Shown here in pieces: positions 59,900 through 60,614 of a stretch of DNA of 60,614 bases. Location: contig LVLI01000284.1 in assembly GCA_001687465.1 (NCBI GenBank), forward strand, positions 1 through 60,614, read 5' to 3'. How positions within the stretch are numbered: position 1 is the stretch's first letter; each line of letters starts with the position of its first letter. The position numbers and the translations under genes were made by a program. The notes beneath the pieces were generated by a model that did not search any database, was not told where the DNA came from, and worked only from the letters and a program-made list of their open reading frames with translations. This stretch comes from Halocafeteria seosinensis. Its lineage: Eukaryota.

Positions 59900-60328
59900 A
59901 GTCGACATAGGGGAGATCTCGAAGTAATCCAGTCAGATTGTCCTGTTATAGTGGACGTATCTGTCACTCAGCCTTCTGCGGTGAGTACCCAACAAAACCT
60001 TCGTACTACCGCAGCTACTCGAGTGGTGGAACGGATGAAAGTTCATAAATATGGGGCAGTCTGTCAAGAACTTGGAAAGAAGTTAATCCCCTTTGTGTTT
60101 CAATCATATGGTGGTATAGGAGAGGATGCGGTAGATTTCCTATCTCAGCTTAAACATCGGCCCGCTTCTCTTCATGTATCTCACCCTAAGAAATATGTGG
60201 AATGTCTTCGTGAAGGGTTGTCTTGTCGGCTTATGCGGTCCAATGTCAACTTACTCTGCAGATGGCTTCAGTTAGAGAACGTCAAAATGATCCGGCATTT
60301 CGTGACTACCGTGCAATTTGAAACGTAA
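59900..60328 (+). mobile_element. Non-LTR retrotransposon (CRE-like) fragment: restriction-like endonuclease C-terminus
   Basis: RGDL...VIVDVSVTQP...ERMKVHKY...IPFVFQSYGGIG..A...L...N motif order of RLE domains. Confidence 0.8.
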
Positions 60329-60367
60329 GTAGAATAGTATCATCTTGCTCGTAGATTCTTCCGGTAG

Positions 60368-60614
60368 GACGTATACAATACACAGCTGTTAGTCTTACCC
60401 AGAGAGAGAGGTGGTGTAGCTGTTTATGCTTCTACCTTTGATCAGTAATAGGAGCGGTCGCAGTAGCGAGGGACACCAGGGTCTTCCACCTCCGTGAACA
60501 TATTGGAGACAAATCCAATAATGAAGCGGAGTTGGCTGCCCTGTTCCTCGCTCTCGACACAGTTGAGGAGCTTACGGACTTTTCAGTCAACTTCACGATG
60601 CGCCTGACTATATA
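60368..60614 (+). mobile_element. Degenerate RNase H-like domain (retroelement type), truncated by window end
   Basis: HIGDKSNNEAELAALFLAL matches the (T/S)NNxAExxA RNase H motif; upstream decayed VY..SC..P..GGVAV with stops and frameshifts. Confidence 0.65.

Noticed and set aside
1..60614. CRISPR arrays, tRNA, rRNA, prokaryotic operons
   Set aside because: No regularly spaced repeats or RNA gene signatures seen; the sequence is eukaryotic with spliceosomal introns

Overview
Gene-dense eukaryotic DNA with short GT-AG introns (mostly about 60-120 nt), from a flagellated protist; a stramenopile origin is my inference, not shown by the sequence. Conserved genes: NUDT22-like Nudix hydrolase, CSN4, a SNF1/AMPK-type kinase, PRPP synthetase, a mitochondrial carrier, DNAAF1, IFT172, ALDH7, Mago nashi, proteasome beta-4, MCM2 and a PH-domain protein. 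Accessory material: four intronless GLUG-repeat proteins with Ser/Thr stalks (three show signal peptides, one is cut by the window edge, one is frameshifted) plus a signal-peptide-only relic; two tandem kinases (one frameshifted and non-RD); an ankyrin gene with one repeat per exon plus a decayed copy; and retroelement debris (a CRE-like element in two opposite orientations, and an RNase H relic). Best leads: (1) an unannotated, strongly codon-biased reading frame interrupted by in-frame stops and followed by a structured RNA domain between Mago and ALDH7 (44560-44900, minus strand); (2) an active PRPS and a degenerate PRPS-like protein, both with mitochondrial-type bipartite leaders; (3) a bacterial-type TsaE with introns and a presequence; (4) the GLUG family with a shared C-terminal Q-x-x-K-R motif. 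I saw no rRNA, tRNA or CRISPR array. Exon boundaries were read by eye and no searches were run.
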